A model generated the notes under the pieces. The model was not told the DNA's origin and made no database searches. It worked only from the letters and a program-made list of their open reading frames with translations. Both the position numbers and the translations under genes were made by a program. A DNA stretch of 64,000 nt. It comes from Vicinamibacterales bacterium. GTDB lineage: Bacteria > Acidobacteriota > Vicinamibacteria > Vicinamibacterales > SCN-69-37. The DNA is taken from the NCBI GenBank assembly GCA_030827135.1, contig JAURFE010000001.1, forward strand, positions 26,569-90,568, written 5' to 3'. Below, piece by piece: positions 45,031-53,438 of this stretch (position 1 is its first letter; every line of letters begins with the position of its first letter).

Positions 45031-45409
45031 ACGTTTTCAAGCCCTCGTCGACGAAGCCATCGACTCCCTCCCCGAGAAGTTTCGCGCCGCGATGACCAAC
45101 ATGGCCATCGTCGTCGAAGACGACCCGACACCGGCACAACTGGCGGAGGTCGAGATTGAACCACCCGACACGTTGTACGGACTCTACGAAGGGATCCCCC
45201 TCCCGGAGCGAGAGTGGAACCACGGCAACACGCTCCCCGACAAAATCACACTCTTCCGGAATCCCATTCTCGAAGACAGCCTTGATGATGACGATGTGGT
45301 GGTGGGCATTGGCGAGACGCTCATCCATGAAGTCGGGCACTACTTCGGACTCGACGAGGACGAGATTATGGAGATCGAGGAGAAGTACTGGCGGGGGGAC
45401 GGCCAGTAG
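45005..45409 (+). CDS. small zinc metallopeptidase-like protein (DUF1025-type)
   Basis: 134-aa ORF with the HEVGHYFGLDEDEI motif. Confidence 0.8.
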   Translation: MDPAAFPAERFQALVDEAIDSLPEKFRAAMTNMAIVVEDDPTPAQLAEVEIEPPDTLYGLYEGIPLPEREWNHGNTLPDKITLFRNPILEDSLDDDDVVVGIGETLIHEVGHYFGLDEDEIMEIEEKYWRGDGQ

Positions 45410-45415
45410 CGGGTT

Positions 45416-45478
45416 CATGTAGGGCCCGCTGGGTTGGAGCGGGCCAGTCATGTAGGGCCCGCTGGGTTGGAGCGGGCC
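45416..45478. repeat. two tandem REP-like palindromic elements (CATGTAGGGCCCGCTGGGTTGGAGCGGGCC x2, 33-bp period)
   Basis: Each copy folds as GGCCCGCT-gggttgg-AGCGGGCC (8-bp stem). Lies between convergent genes and overlaps the last codons of the GNAT gene. Confidence 0.8.
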
Positions 45479-45960
45479 GACAGCGGTCGCTCCATACACA
45501 CATCCGCTGTCTCATACGGCAGCGGCGACGGCAGGGGCCGATGCGTGAACCCCATGCGCTCGTAGAGGCGCAACGCCGCCTGTAGGCGTGAACTTGAGAC
45601 CAGCATCATGGTGTGCGCGCCCATCACGATGGCCGCGTGCGCGAGACACACCTCGATCAGGCGCCGACCGAGACCGGCGCCCCGCAGGGCGTCCGACACG
45701 GTGACCTTCAGCAGTTCGACCTCGCCGGGCGCGTGCGGTGCCACCGCGGCGGTGCCGACGACTTCCCCGCCGCGCTCCGCAATAAACACGGCGCCGCCGG
45801 CGTCGATCACGGCGCCTTGTGGATCGGCGAGTTGCACCTCGTCGGCCGACTCATACAACGCATACGCGTCGAGCCAGGCGCGATTGAGTCGATAAAACGC
45901 GTCGGCGTGTGCCGGCCGGAACGGCACGATCACGACGGCATCGCGGCGACCGGCGGACAT
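45448..45960 (-). CDS. GNAT-family N-acetyltransferase
   Basis: 170-aa ORF with an acetyl-CoA-binding motif (LRGAGLGRRLIE). Confidence 0.85.
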   Translation of the reverse strand: MSAGRRDAVVIVPFRPAHADAFYRLNRAWLDAYALYESADEVQLADPQGAVIDAGGAVFIAERGGEVVGTAAVAPHAPGEVELLKVTVSDALRGAGLGRRLIEVCLAHAAIVMGAHTMMLVSSSRLQAALRLYERMGFTHRPLPSPLPYETADVCMERPLSARSNPAGPT

Positions 45961-45983
45961 GCGCTCCAGAGTACACTCGACTG

Positions 45984-46850
45984 GTGAGTTCGCCCACCCG
46001 CGCCCGTCGTCCTGCCGGTCACCGGCCCCGCAAACGTTTTGGCCAGCACTTTCTCGCGCCGTCCTGGGCGCAGAAGGTGGTCAGGACGATCGATGTGCAG
46101 CCACAGGACGTGTTGCTGGAGATCGGCCCCGGCGCCGGCGCCATTACGCTGCCGCTCGCGGAGACGGGCGCGCCGATCCTGGCCGTCGAGATCGATCGCG
46201 ACCTGGCGCGCGAGCTGGCCACCCAGGTTCCGGCGAACGTCACCCTGATCACTGCGGACTTCCTCAGGACGGATGTGCTGTCGTTTCTGACCGCGCTCCA
46301 GCCCAATCGTCCGCCCGGCGCCCCCACCGATGTGCCGCGCCGGTTCCGTGTGGTGGGCAACCTGCCGTACAACCTGTCGTCGCCGATTCTCTTTCGACTG
46401 ATTGAGCTGTCACGCGCCCACGGCACACTGACCGACGCCACGTTGATGGTGCAGCGTGAGGTGGCTGATCGGCTGGTTGCCAAACCCGGGAAGAAGGACT
46501 ACGGCGTGCTCAGCATCTTCGCGCAGATCTACGCCGACATCGATCGCCGTCTGGATGTGCCGGCCACGGCCTTCACGCCGCCGCCCAAGGTTCGCTCAAG
46601 CGTGATTCGAATGACATTCCGCCGCAGCCCGGTGCGCATCGTCGACGATGCGTTGTTTGAACGCATCGTCAAGGGGGCGTTCTCCCAACGCCGCAAGACA
46701 CTCTCGAATGCGTTGAAGCCCCTCGAACCGACCGCCCCGGCCGTGCTGGCGCTTGCGGGCATCGACGGCACGCGGCGGCCCGAGACTCTCTCGCTTGAAG
46801 AGTTCGCGCGACTGACCGAGTTCTTCGCGCGGTTGCGGCAGACACCGTAG
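45984..46850 (+). CDS. rsmA: 16S rRNA (adenine1518/1519-N6)-dimethyltransferase
   Basis: KRFGQHFL and EIGPGAGAIT motifs. Start placed at GTG 45984 to avoid the spurious upstream extension that overlaps the GNAT gene. Confidence 0.9.
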   Translation: MSSPTRARRPAGHRPRKRFGQHFLAPSWAQKVVRTIDVQPQDVLLEIGPGAGAITLPLAETGAPILAVEIDRDLARELATQVPANVTLITADFLRTDVLSFLTALQPNRPPGAPTDVPRRFRVVGNLPYNLSSPILFRLIELSRAHGTLTDATLMVQREVADRLVAKPGKKDYGVLSIFAQIYADIDRRLDVPATAFTPPPKVRSSVIRMTFRRSPVRIVDDALFERIVKGAFSQRRKTLSNALKPLEPTAPAVLALAGIDGTRRPETLSLEEFARLTEFFARLRQTP

Positions 46851-46868
46851 TCGATGGGAGCCACCCTC

Positions 46869-46897
46869 TTGTACGCGCAGGCCCCCTGTGTTATAGT
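46869..46897 (+). promoter_or_regulatory. sigma-70-like promoter (TTGTAC-N17-TATAGT) upstream of rnj
   Basis: Read directly from the sequence. It would give a ~155-nt 5' UTR before the rnj ATG at 47058. Confidence 0.45.
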
Positions 46898-47057
46898 CCG
46901 CTGCAGTTTTCCCGCCTGTTTTCACGGGTTGTCCCAGCGACCCACAGGTCGGACACGTTGACCGTTTCACGGCGCGCCTTGCGCCGGGGTCCTGCCCATC
47001 GTTGAGCGCCCGCTCGACATGGCTGGTGTTCGAACGAGAGTGTGAAGGTCGCTGTCG

Positions 47058-48740
47058 ATGTTGACGGCACAGAGTACGACTGTCGGTGCACCGGCCGTCG
47101 AGGTCATCCCCATCGGGGGCCTCGGTGAGTTCGGTATGAACATGATGCTCATCGCCTGCGGCGAGACCGCCGTGCTGGTGGATGCCGGTGTCATGTTCCC
47201 TGAGCCTGAACTCTTCGGGGTGGACCTTGTCATCCCGGATGTGTCGGCACTGGACACGTACGCCGGCCGCATCGCGGCCCTCATCCTCACGCATGGGCAC
47301 GAAGATCACATCGGGGCCGTGCCCCACATCCTGAAGCACGTCAACGGCCCGGTGTATGCGACGGCATTTACGCACGCCCTCCTTCAGCCGAAGTTCGATG
47401 AACACGGGACGGACACCGAGGGACGCCTCATCACCGTCGCCCCCAGACAGACCGTGACCATCGGCACGTTGTCGGTGGAGTTCCTGCGGGTCACCCACAG
47501 CATCCCGGATGCCGTGGCCCTGGCGATTCACACCCCGCAGGGCATCATCATCCACACCGGGGACTTCAAGATCGACCAGACGCCCCTCGACGGTGAGCGC
47601 TTTGACCTCCACCGCCTCGCGCAGCTCGGCGCACAGGGCGTCCTCGCGCTGTTCTCCGACAGCACCAACGCGGACCAACCCGGCACCACCGGCTCTGACG
47701 TGGATGTCATCCCCGGCTTCGAGGAAATTTTCTCGTCGGCGCCCGGCAAACTCATCGTCGCGGCGTTCTCCACCAGCATCTTCCGGATGCAGATTCTGGT
47801 GGACCTCGCGGAGCAATACGACCGCAAAGTCGCATTTGTCGGGCGCGGCATGATGCGCAACTCGGAAACGGCGATGCGCCTGGGCGCCCTCAAGGTGCCC
47901 AACGGCCTGATCATCGCCGACAGCGATGTGCGCGACTTCCCCAGCCAGGACGTGCTTTGCCTGTGCACCGGCTCACAGGGCGAAGCGATGGCCGCCCTGT
48001 CGAGAATTGCCATCGACGACCACCGCCACGTGAAGGTCAGCGACGACGACACCGTGGTGTTTTCCGCCCGGGCGATTCCGGGCAACGAAAAGGCCATCGG
48101 GCGGGTCATGAACCACCTGGCCCGCCGGGGGGCCGACATCATCACCGACGGCATGAAACACGTGCACGTCTCCGGCCACGCCTCGGCCGAGGAACTGAAG
48201 CTCGTGCTGTCCCTGGTGCAGCCCAGATTTTTCGTGCCGATACATGGGGAGTACCGGCAGCTCGCCCAGCACGCGCGGCTGGCCAAGGCCGTCTGCCCCG
48301 GCACCACGGTGGTGTCGATGAGCGACGGCGACGTGCTGCGGCTGGACGAGACGGGGGCCCGGATCGTGGACCGGGTGCAGACCGGACGCATCCTGATCGA
48401 CGGGACGCGCACCGGGGAAATCGCCGACGAAGTCCTGCGGGACCGTCGGCATCTTGGGATCGACGGCCTCGTGGTGGTTGTGGTGGCGCTCAACGGACAG
48501 ACCGGCGTGCTGGAACGGGCGCCGGAAGTGATCGCCCGCGGCCTCGCGATGGATGCAAAGCAGGAGCAGATGCTCCGCGACGCACCCGGATTGCTGGAGG
48601 CGGCGCTCAACGGCGCGCCACGCGAGGAACGCACGGACCCCGGCCTGATGCAGGCGCGCGTCAAGGTCGAGGTCCAGCGACTGTTCAAGAAGCGGGCGGG
48701 GCGACGCCCCCTGGTCCTGCCCATTGTGTTGGAAGTGTGA
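47058..48740 (+). CDS. rnj: ribonuclease J
   Basis: 560-aa ORF. Metallo-beta-lactamase motif (THGHEDHIG), beta-CASP region and C-terminal domain. Confidence 0.95.
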   Translation: MLTAQSTTVGAPAVEVIPIGGLGEFGMNMMLIACGETAVLVDAGVMFPEPELFGVDLVIPDVSALDTYAGRIAALILTHGHEDHIGAVPHILKHVNGPVYATAFTHALLQPKFDEHGTDTEGRLITVAPRQTVTIGTLSVEFLRVTHSIPDAVALAIHTPQGIIIHTGDFKIDQTPLDGERFDLHRLAQLGAQGVLALFSDSTNADQPGTTGSDVDVIPGFEEIFSSAPGKLIVAAFSTSIFRMQILVDLAEQYDRKVAFVGRGMMRNSETAMRLGALKVPNGLIIADSDVRDFPSQDVLCLCTGSQGEAMAALSRIAIDDHRHVKVSDDDTVVFSARAIPGNEKAIGRVMNHLARRGADIITDGMKHVHVSGHASAEELKLVLSLVQPRFFVPIHGEYRQLAQHARLAKAVCPGTTVVSMSDGDVLRLDETGARIVDRVQTGRILIDGTRTGEIADEVLRDRRHLGIDGLVVVVVALNGQTGVLERAPEVIARGLAMDAKQEQMLRDAPGLLEAALNGAPREERTDPGLMQARVKVEVQRLFKKRAGRRPLVLPIVLEV

Positions 48741-48752
48741 GGAGAACGCTGC

Positions 48753-51119
48753 GTGTCTGAATCGGCCCTGTCCCGTCGTCTGAGTGAATTCACCGGCGTC
48801 GCCCTGTTTGCGGTGACGCTGATCTGGCTTGGCGCCCTGGTGAGTTACACCCCGACCGACCCGGTGTGGTTCTTCAACAACGTGACGGCCCCCGACGTGG
48901 CGAACTTCGCGGGGCGCGTGGGTGCGTTCCTGGCCGAAGCCTCCTTCCAGGTGCTGGGCTACTCCGCCTATTTCATCCCGGTGGTCCTGGCGGTCATCGG
49001 CTGGCACTCCTTCTGGTGCCGCACCCTCGACGCGGCCTACACGAAGGTGGTCGGCGCAGCCCTGTTCTTCCTGTGCTCCGCGGCGCTGCTCGCGCTCGCC
49101 TTCAGCGTGATTGACGACGCCGGCCGGCCGTTCAAGGCGGGTGGTGTCATCGGCGAAGTGGTGGCGAGAGGCCTGTCGACCTATCTGAACCGCACGGGCG
49201 CCGCCATCCTGCTGTTGACGCTTGTGGCCCTCTCGGTCGTGCTCGCCACGCAATTCTCGTTCGGGCGCGCCACGACCGTGGCGGCGTCAGCGGTCCGCGA
49301 ACAGTCCACCGGCGTGTTCGCGCGACTCCGCACGTGGCGTGAGGAACGGCGGCGCGAGAAGGAACGCCAGCAGATCGTCGCCAAACACGTCCAGAAAGCC
49401 GGTCGCGAGAAGGCCCCGGAGATTGCCACCAAGGCCGCCGGCGCCGCCGCCTCCCTCAAGGCGGCCAGGCAGTCCCTGCGCCCTGCGGATGACGACGGCG
49501 ACGAGGATGAGGAACTGACGCTCTCACAAGCGGCCCGTGGCGCGGCCGCGCGCCCCCCTGCCATCCGGCGTTCGTCGCCGGCGCCCGTGACGCCGAGCCT
49601 GCCGCTCGGCGACCGGGACGCCGTGAAGGCGCCGGTCGAGCGCCGCAAGGGGGACTACGTGATGCCTCCGCTGACGCTGCTCGATGCGGCGAAAGAGGCC
49701 CACAAGATCGATGAACGTGAACTGATGGAGGCGGCGAAGCTGCTCGAAGAGAAGTGCCGCGAGTTCTCCGTCGAAGGGTCGGTAGTGCAGATTCACCCCG
49801 GCCCGGTCGTCACGACCTACGAATTCAAGCCCGATGCGGGCGTGAAATACAACCGCATCACCAGTCTCGCGGAAGACCTGTGTCTCGCGATGCGCGCCGA
49901 ATCCATCCTGATCGACCGCATCCCCGGCAAGTCCACGGTCGGCATCCAGATTCCCAATGCCACGCGCGAAGCCATCTCGCTGCGCGAACTGCTCGAGTCC
50001 GACACGTACACCCGATCGGCCTCGCGGCTCACGATGGCCCTGGGCAAAACCATCAACGGCGAGCCGATGGTGTCGGACCTGGCCACCATGCCGCATCTGC
50101 TCATCGCCGGGTCGACCGGCGCCGGCAAGTCCGTCAGCGTGAACGCGATGCTCACGAGCGTGCTCTTCCGCGCCACGCCGGAAGAAGTGCGCTTCATCAT
50201 GATCGACCCGAAGCGCCTTGAGCTCGGGATGTATGAGGACATCCCCCACCTGATGACGCCGGTGGTCGTGGATCCCAAGCAGGCCGCCAACGCGCTGCGG
50301 TGGGCCGTCCGCGAGATGGAGGATCGCTACAAGATTCTGGCGAAGCAGGGTGTGCGCAACATCGAGCAGTACAACCGCAACATCAAGGCGATGCTCGCGG
50401 AACTCAAGGACCGCCAGAAGGACCAGGCCGAAGCCGAAGTCGGCGAACCCCTCAAGACGCTCCCCTTCATCGTCGTCATCATCGACGAACTGGCCGACCT
50501 CATGATGGTGGCCAGCAAGGAAGTGGAAGAGTCAATCGCGCGCCTGGCGCAGATGGCACGCGCCGTGGGGATCCATCTGATTCTCGCGACGCAGCGGCCG
50601 TCGGTGGATGTCATCACCGGCCTGATCAAGGCGAACCTGCCGGCCCGTATCGCCTTCCGCGTGGCGTCGAAGATTGACTCGCGGACAATCCTTGACGGCA
50701 ACGGCGCCGAACAACTGCTCGGCAAAGGCGACATGCTGTATCTGCCGCCGGCCTCGTCGCGGTTTGTCCGTATCCACGGCCCCTACATCTCAGAGCAGGA
50801 AACGGCCCGGCTGTGCAGCTTCCTGCGCAAACAGGGCAAGCCCGTCTACGACGCCTCGATTACCGCCGAGGAAAAGACGGCGGACAAGGTTGAATTCGAG
50901 AAGGACGACCTGTACGACGAGGCCGCGAGGATTGTAGTGTCGAGCGGACAGGCATCCATCTCGTATCTGCAGCGGCGCCTGCGCATCGGGTTCAGCCGCG
51001 CGGCCCGCCTCATCGACATGATGGAGATGGACGGCGTGGTCTCGGGCGCCACCAACGGCAAGCGAGAGGTCCTGGTGGATGCCGGGTACTTCGAAGACGT
51101 TGACGCGCAATTGAGGTAG
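48753..51119 (+). CDS. ftsK: DNA translocase FtsK
   Basis: 788-aa ORF. N-terminal TM helices, linker, motor domain (Walker A GSTGAGKS) and gamma winged helix (ISYLQRRLRIGFSRAARLIDMME). Confidence 0.95.
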   Translation: MSESALSRRLSEFTGVALFAVTLIWLGALVSYTPTDPVWFFNNVTAPDVANFAGRVGAFLAEASFQVLGYSAYFIPVVLAVIGWHSFWCRTLDAAYTKVVGAALFFLCSAALLALAFSVIDDAGRPFKAGGVIGEVVARGLSTYLNRTGAAILLLTLVALSVVLATQFSFGRATTVAASAVREQSTGVFARLRTWREERRREKERQQIVAKHVQKAGREKAPEIATKAAGAAASLKAARQSLRPADDDGDEDEELTLSQAARGAAARPPAIRRSSPAPVTPSLPLGDRDAVKAPVERRKGDYVMPPLTLLDAAKEAHKIDERELMEAAKLLEEKCREFSVEGSVVQIHPGPVVTTYEFKPDAGVKYNRITSLAEDLCLAMRAESILIDRIPGKSTVGIQIPNATREAISLRELLESDTYTRSASRLTMALGKTINGEPMVSDLATMPHLLIAGSTGAGKSVSVNAMLTSVLFRATPEEVRFIMIDPKRLELGMYEDIPHLMTPVVVDPKQAANALRWAVREMEDRYKILAKQGVRNIEQYNRNIKAMLAELKDRQKDQAEAEVGEPLKTLPFIVVIIDELADLMMVASKEVEESIARLAQMARAVGIHLILATQRPSVDVITGLIKANLPARIAFRVASKIDSRTILDGNGAEQLLGKGDMLYLPPASSRFVRIHGPYISEQETARLCSFLRKQGKPVYDASITAEEKTADKVEFEKDDLYDEAARIVVSSGQASISYLQRRLRIGFSRAARLIDMMEMDGVVSGATNGKREVLVDAGYFEDVDAQLR

Positions 51120-51121
51120 TC

Positions 51122-52792
51122 ATGCACACAGTGATCGGTCTTCTGCTCGCGTTCATGTTGTGGCCCGTCGCGGCGCACGCGCAGACGGCGGCGGTGATGT
51201 TCGAGCGCGCCACCACACGTGAAGCCGCGGCCCGGAAGTCCCCGACGACGGCGAACCTGCGGGCGGCCGTCGCCGCCTACGAGCAACTCGTGCTCCGGCA
51301 TCCGCGCAGCGGCTATTGTGACAATGCCCTCTGGAACGGCGCGGCCCTCGCGGCATTCGCCTGGGAACGCCATCAGCAGGACGCCGACCGCAAGACGGCG
51401 GAGCGGCTCTACGGCTGGCTCCGGCGTGAATATCCCGGAAGCGCGCTCGCAAAGCAGGTCCCGGCGCAGGTGACCGCACTCAGGGCCGCACCGCGGCCGG
51501 CGACAGCCGCCCCGCCACCGACAGCACCCACCCCATCCGCCTCCGCTCCTCCGGAGCCGCGGCCGACGTCGCCCACACCGCCCCCGGCGGCGGGCCCCGT
51601 CGCCACCATTCGCCGGGTATCGGTCCTGCCGTTGCCCAAAGGGGATCGCCTCGTGATCGAGCTCGATCGCGAGGTCCTGTTCACGAGCGAGCGGATCGCG
51701 GACCCTGATCGCGTGTTCTTCGACCTGCGCCTGGCCGACTTTGCCTCGCCCGTCCAGACGGCCGCGGAGGGCCTTGCCGGATCGCGCGTGCGCGGTGTGC
51801 GCCTCGGCCGTCAGGACGGCCGGACCGCACGGATCGTTCTAGAGCTGGCGGGCGCTCCAACGCACAGCGTGTTCCAGATGTATCACCCCCACCGGATGGT
51901 CATCGACATCGAGAGTGAGACGGTCCCGCCTCCACCTCCGACGCCGCCCGCGGGCGCCCCGTCGATCGGGCCGCCGCCCGTCGCGACTCCGCCGACACCG
52001 GCCGCCTCAATCGCCCCGGGCCCGGCGGCCGTGTCTCCCGCTCCGGCCTCCACCACCGCCAGCGGCGATTACACGCTCGCCCGCCAACTCGGCCTCAGCG
52101 TGACCCGCGTCGTGATCGACCCAGGTCATGGCGGCCACGACCCTGGCGCACGGGCGAATGGCCTGGTCGAAGCGAACCTGGTGCTCGACATCGCGTTGCG
52201 CGTGGAAACGCTGCTCAAGAAGCAGGCGGGCGTGGAGGTGGTGCTGACGCGCCGCACCGATGTCTACATCCCGCTCGAAGAACGGACCGCCATCGCCAAA
52301 CGCGAAGATGCCGACCTCTTTCTCTCGATTCATGCAAACGCCGCAGCCCGCAAGGTGGCCCGAGGGGTCGAGACCTACTTCCTGAACTTTGCCACCAACC
52401 CCGAGGCGGAAGCGGTCGCGGCGCGTGAGAACGCCACGAGCGGCAAGTCCATGGGCAACCTCCCTCAACTCGTTCAGCAAATCACGCTGAACACCAAGGT
52501 CAAGGAGTCCCGCGAGTTCGCGCAGATTGTGCAGACCAGCATGGTCCGAGGGCTCCGCGCCCAGAATAAGGCCGTGCTCGATCTCGGCGTGAAACAGGCG
52601 CCGTTTGTGGTGCTCATCGGCGCGGACATGCCAAGCGTGCTCGCTGAGATTTCCTTCATCACAAATGCTGCCGAAGCGACGCTGCTCAAGAACGAAACCT
52701 ACAAGCAGCGCATTGCGCAGTCGCTCGCGGACGCCGTCCTGAAGTATCAGGCGTCGCTCAAGAAGATTTCCACGATGGCCGTGGCGAAGTAG
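51122..52792 (+). CDS. N-acetylmuramoyl-L-alanine amidase (Amidase_3) with Pro-rich linkers and an AMIN-like domain
   Basis: 556-aa ORF with a signal peptide. C-terminal catalytic domain (VVIDPGHGGHDPGA...LFLSIHANA). Confidence 0.85.
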   Translation: MHTVIGLLLAFMLWPVAAHAQTAAVMFERATTREAAARKSPTTANLRAAVAAYEQLVLRHPRSGYCDNALWNGAALAAFAWERHQQDADRKTAERLYGWLRREYPGSALAKQVPAQVTALRAAPRPATAAPPPTAPTPSASAPPEPRPTSPTPPPAAGPVATIRRVSVLPLPKGDRLVIELDREVLFTSERIADPDRVFFDLRLADFASPVQTAAEGLAGSRVRGVRLGRQDGRTARIVLELAGAPTHSVFQMYHPHRMVIDIESETVPPPPPTPPAGAPSIGPPPVATPPTPAASIAPGPAAVSPAPASTTASGDYTLARQLGLSVTRVVIDPGHGGHDPGARANGLVEANLVLDIALRVETLLKKQAGVEVVLTRRTDVYIPLEERTAIAKREDADLFLSIHANAAARKVARGVETYFLNFATNPEAEAVAARENATSGKSMGNLPQLVQQITLNTKVKESREFAQIVQTSMVRGLRAQNKAVLDLGVKQAPFVVLIGADMPSVLAEISFITNAAEATLLKNETYKQRIAQSLADAVLKYQASLKKISTMAVAK

Positions 52793-52845
52793 GACGCGCT
52801 GAACCTGAGCGCGTCATCGCCTGGCGCGCTACAACCGAGCGCGCT

Positions 52846-53160
52846 CTACACGGGCGCGTCGGCCCCGCACTTCCAGCACGCCGTGAACTGTGCCTCGACG
52901 AGTTCGCCGCAGGAGGCACAACGCCAGAGACGGCTGGCTTCGAGGCCTGTCGGGCCCTGCTGCCGCAACAGCGCCGCCGCCTCGGCGGCGCGCGCATCGT
53001 CGAGCACCCAGAGTTCCGGCCTCGCCTCGTTGACCGGCACGCCGCCGCTGGCGCCGAACAACGACTCGTGCCGAATCTCGCTCTCGATGCCTGCGGTGTC
53101 GAGCACGCCCTTGAAGAAGTGCGCCTCGGCCGGGTGCTGCGCGATGAACACGCGAATCAC
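52846..53160 (-). CDS. DUF2007-like protein with C-terminal zinc ribbon
   Basis: 104-aa ORF (MIRVFIAQHPAEAHFFKGVLDTAGI...; CASCGELVEAQFTACWKCG). Confidence 0.7.
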   Translation of the reverse strand: MIRVFIAQHPAEAHFFKGVLDTAGIESEIRHESLFGASGGVPVNEARPELWVLDDARAAEAAALLRQQGPTGLEASRLWRCASCGELVEAQFTACWKCGADAPV

Positions 53161-53183
53161 GATTCTGGGATTATAGTGAGGTC

Positions 53184-53402
53184 GTGGCCTTCCAGCAGGA
53201 CCCCTTCATCGTCGAAATCATCCGGCCGGCCACCGACGAAATCACGGTCGTGGACGTGCTGGTGGGATCACTCGGCGTGGCGGGCGCGCTGGCCCTTGCC
53301 GCGCTTCCGCTGGGGGCACTTGCCGGCTGGCTGTTGATTCGCTGGAAGCAGCGACGACGGCCGGAGGATGACCACATGCCCTCGATCCAGCACCCCAAGT
53401 AG
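53184..53402 (+). CDS. hypothetical small membrane protein
   Basis: 72-aa ORF with one TM helix (LVGSLGVAGALALAALPLGALAGWLLI). Its GTG start lies 6 nt after a TATAGT hexamer. Confidence 0.4.
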   Translation: MAFQQDPFIVEIIRPATDEITVVDVLVGSLGVAGALALAALPLGALAGWLLIRWKQRRRPEDDHMPSIQHPK

Positions 53403-53438
53403 ATGGGCGGCTGGGCGGATGGTTAGATGTGGGTTCTG
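53399..53438. repeat. G-rich 8-bp-periodic array (GGGCGGMTG-like)
   Basis: gtagatgg gcggctgg gcggatgg ttagatgt gggttctg. Spans the gap between the small ORF and the pepA stop. Confidence 0.45.
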
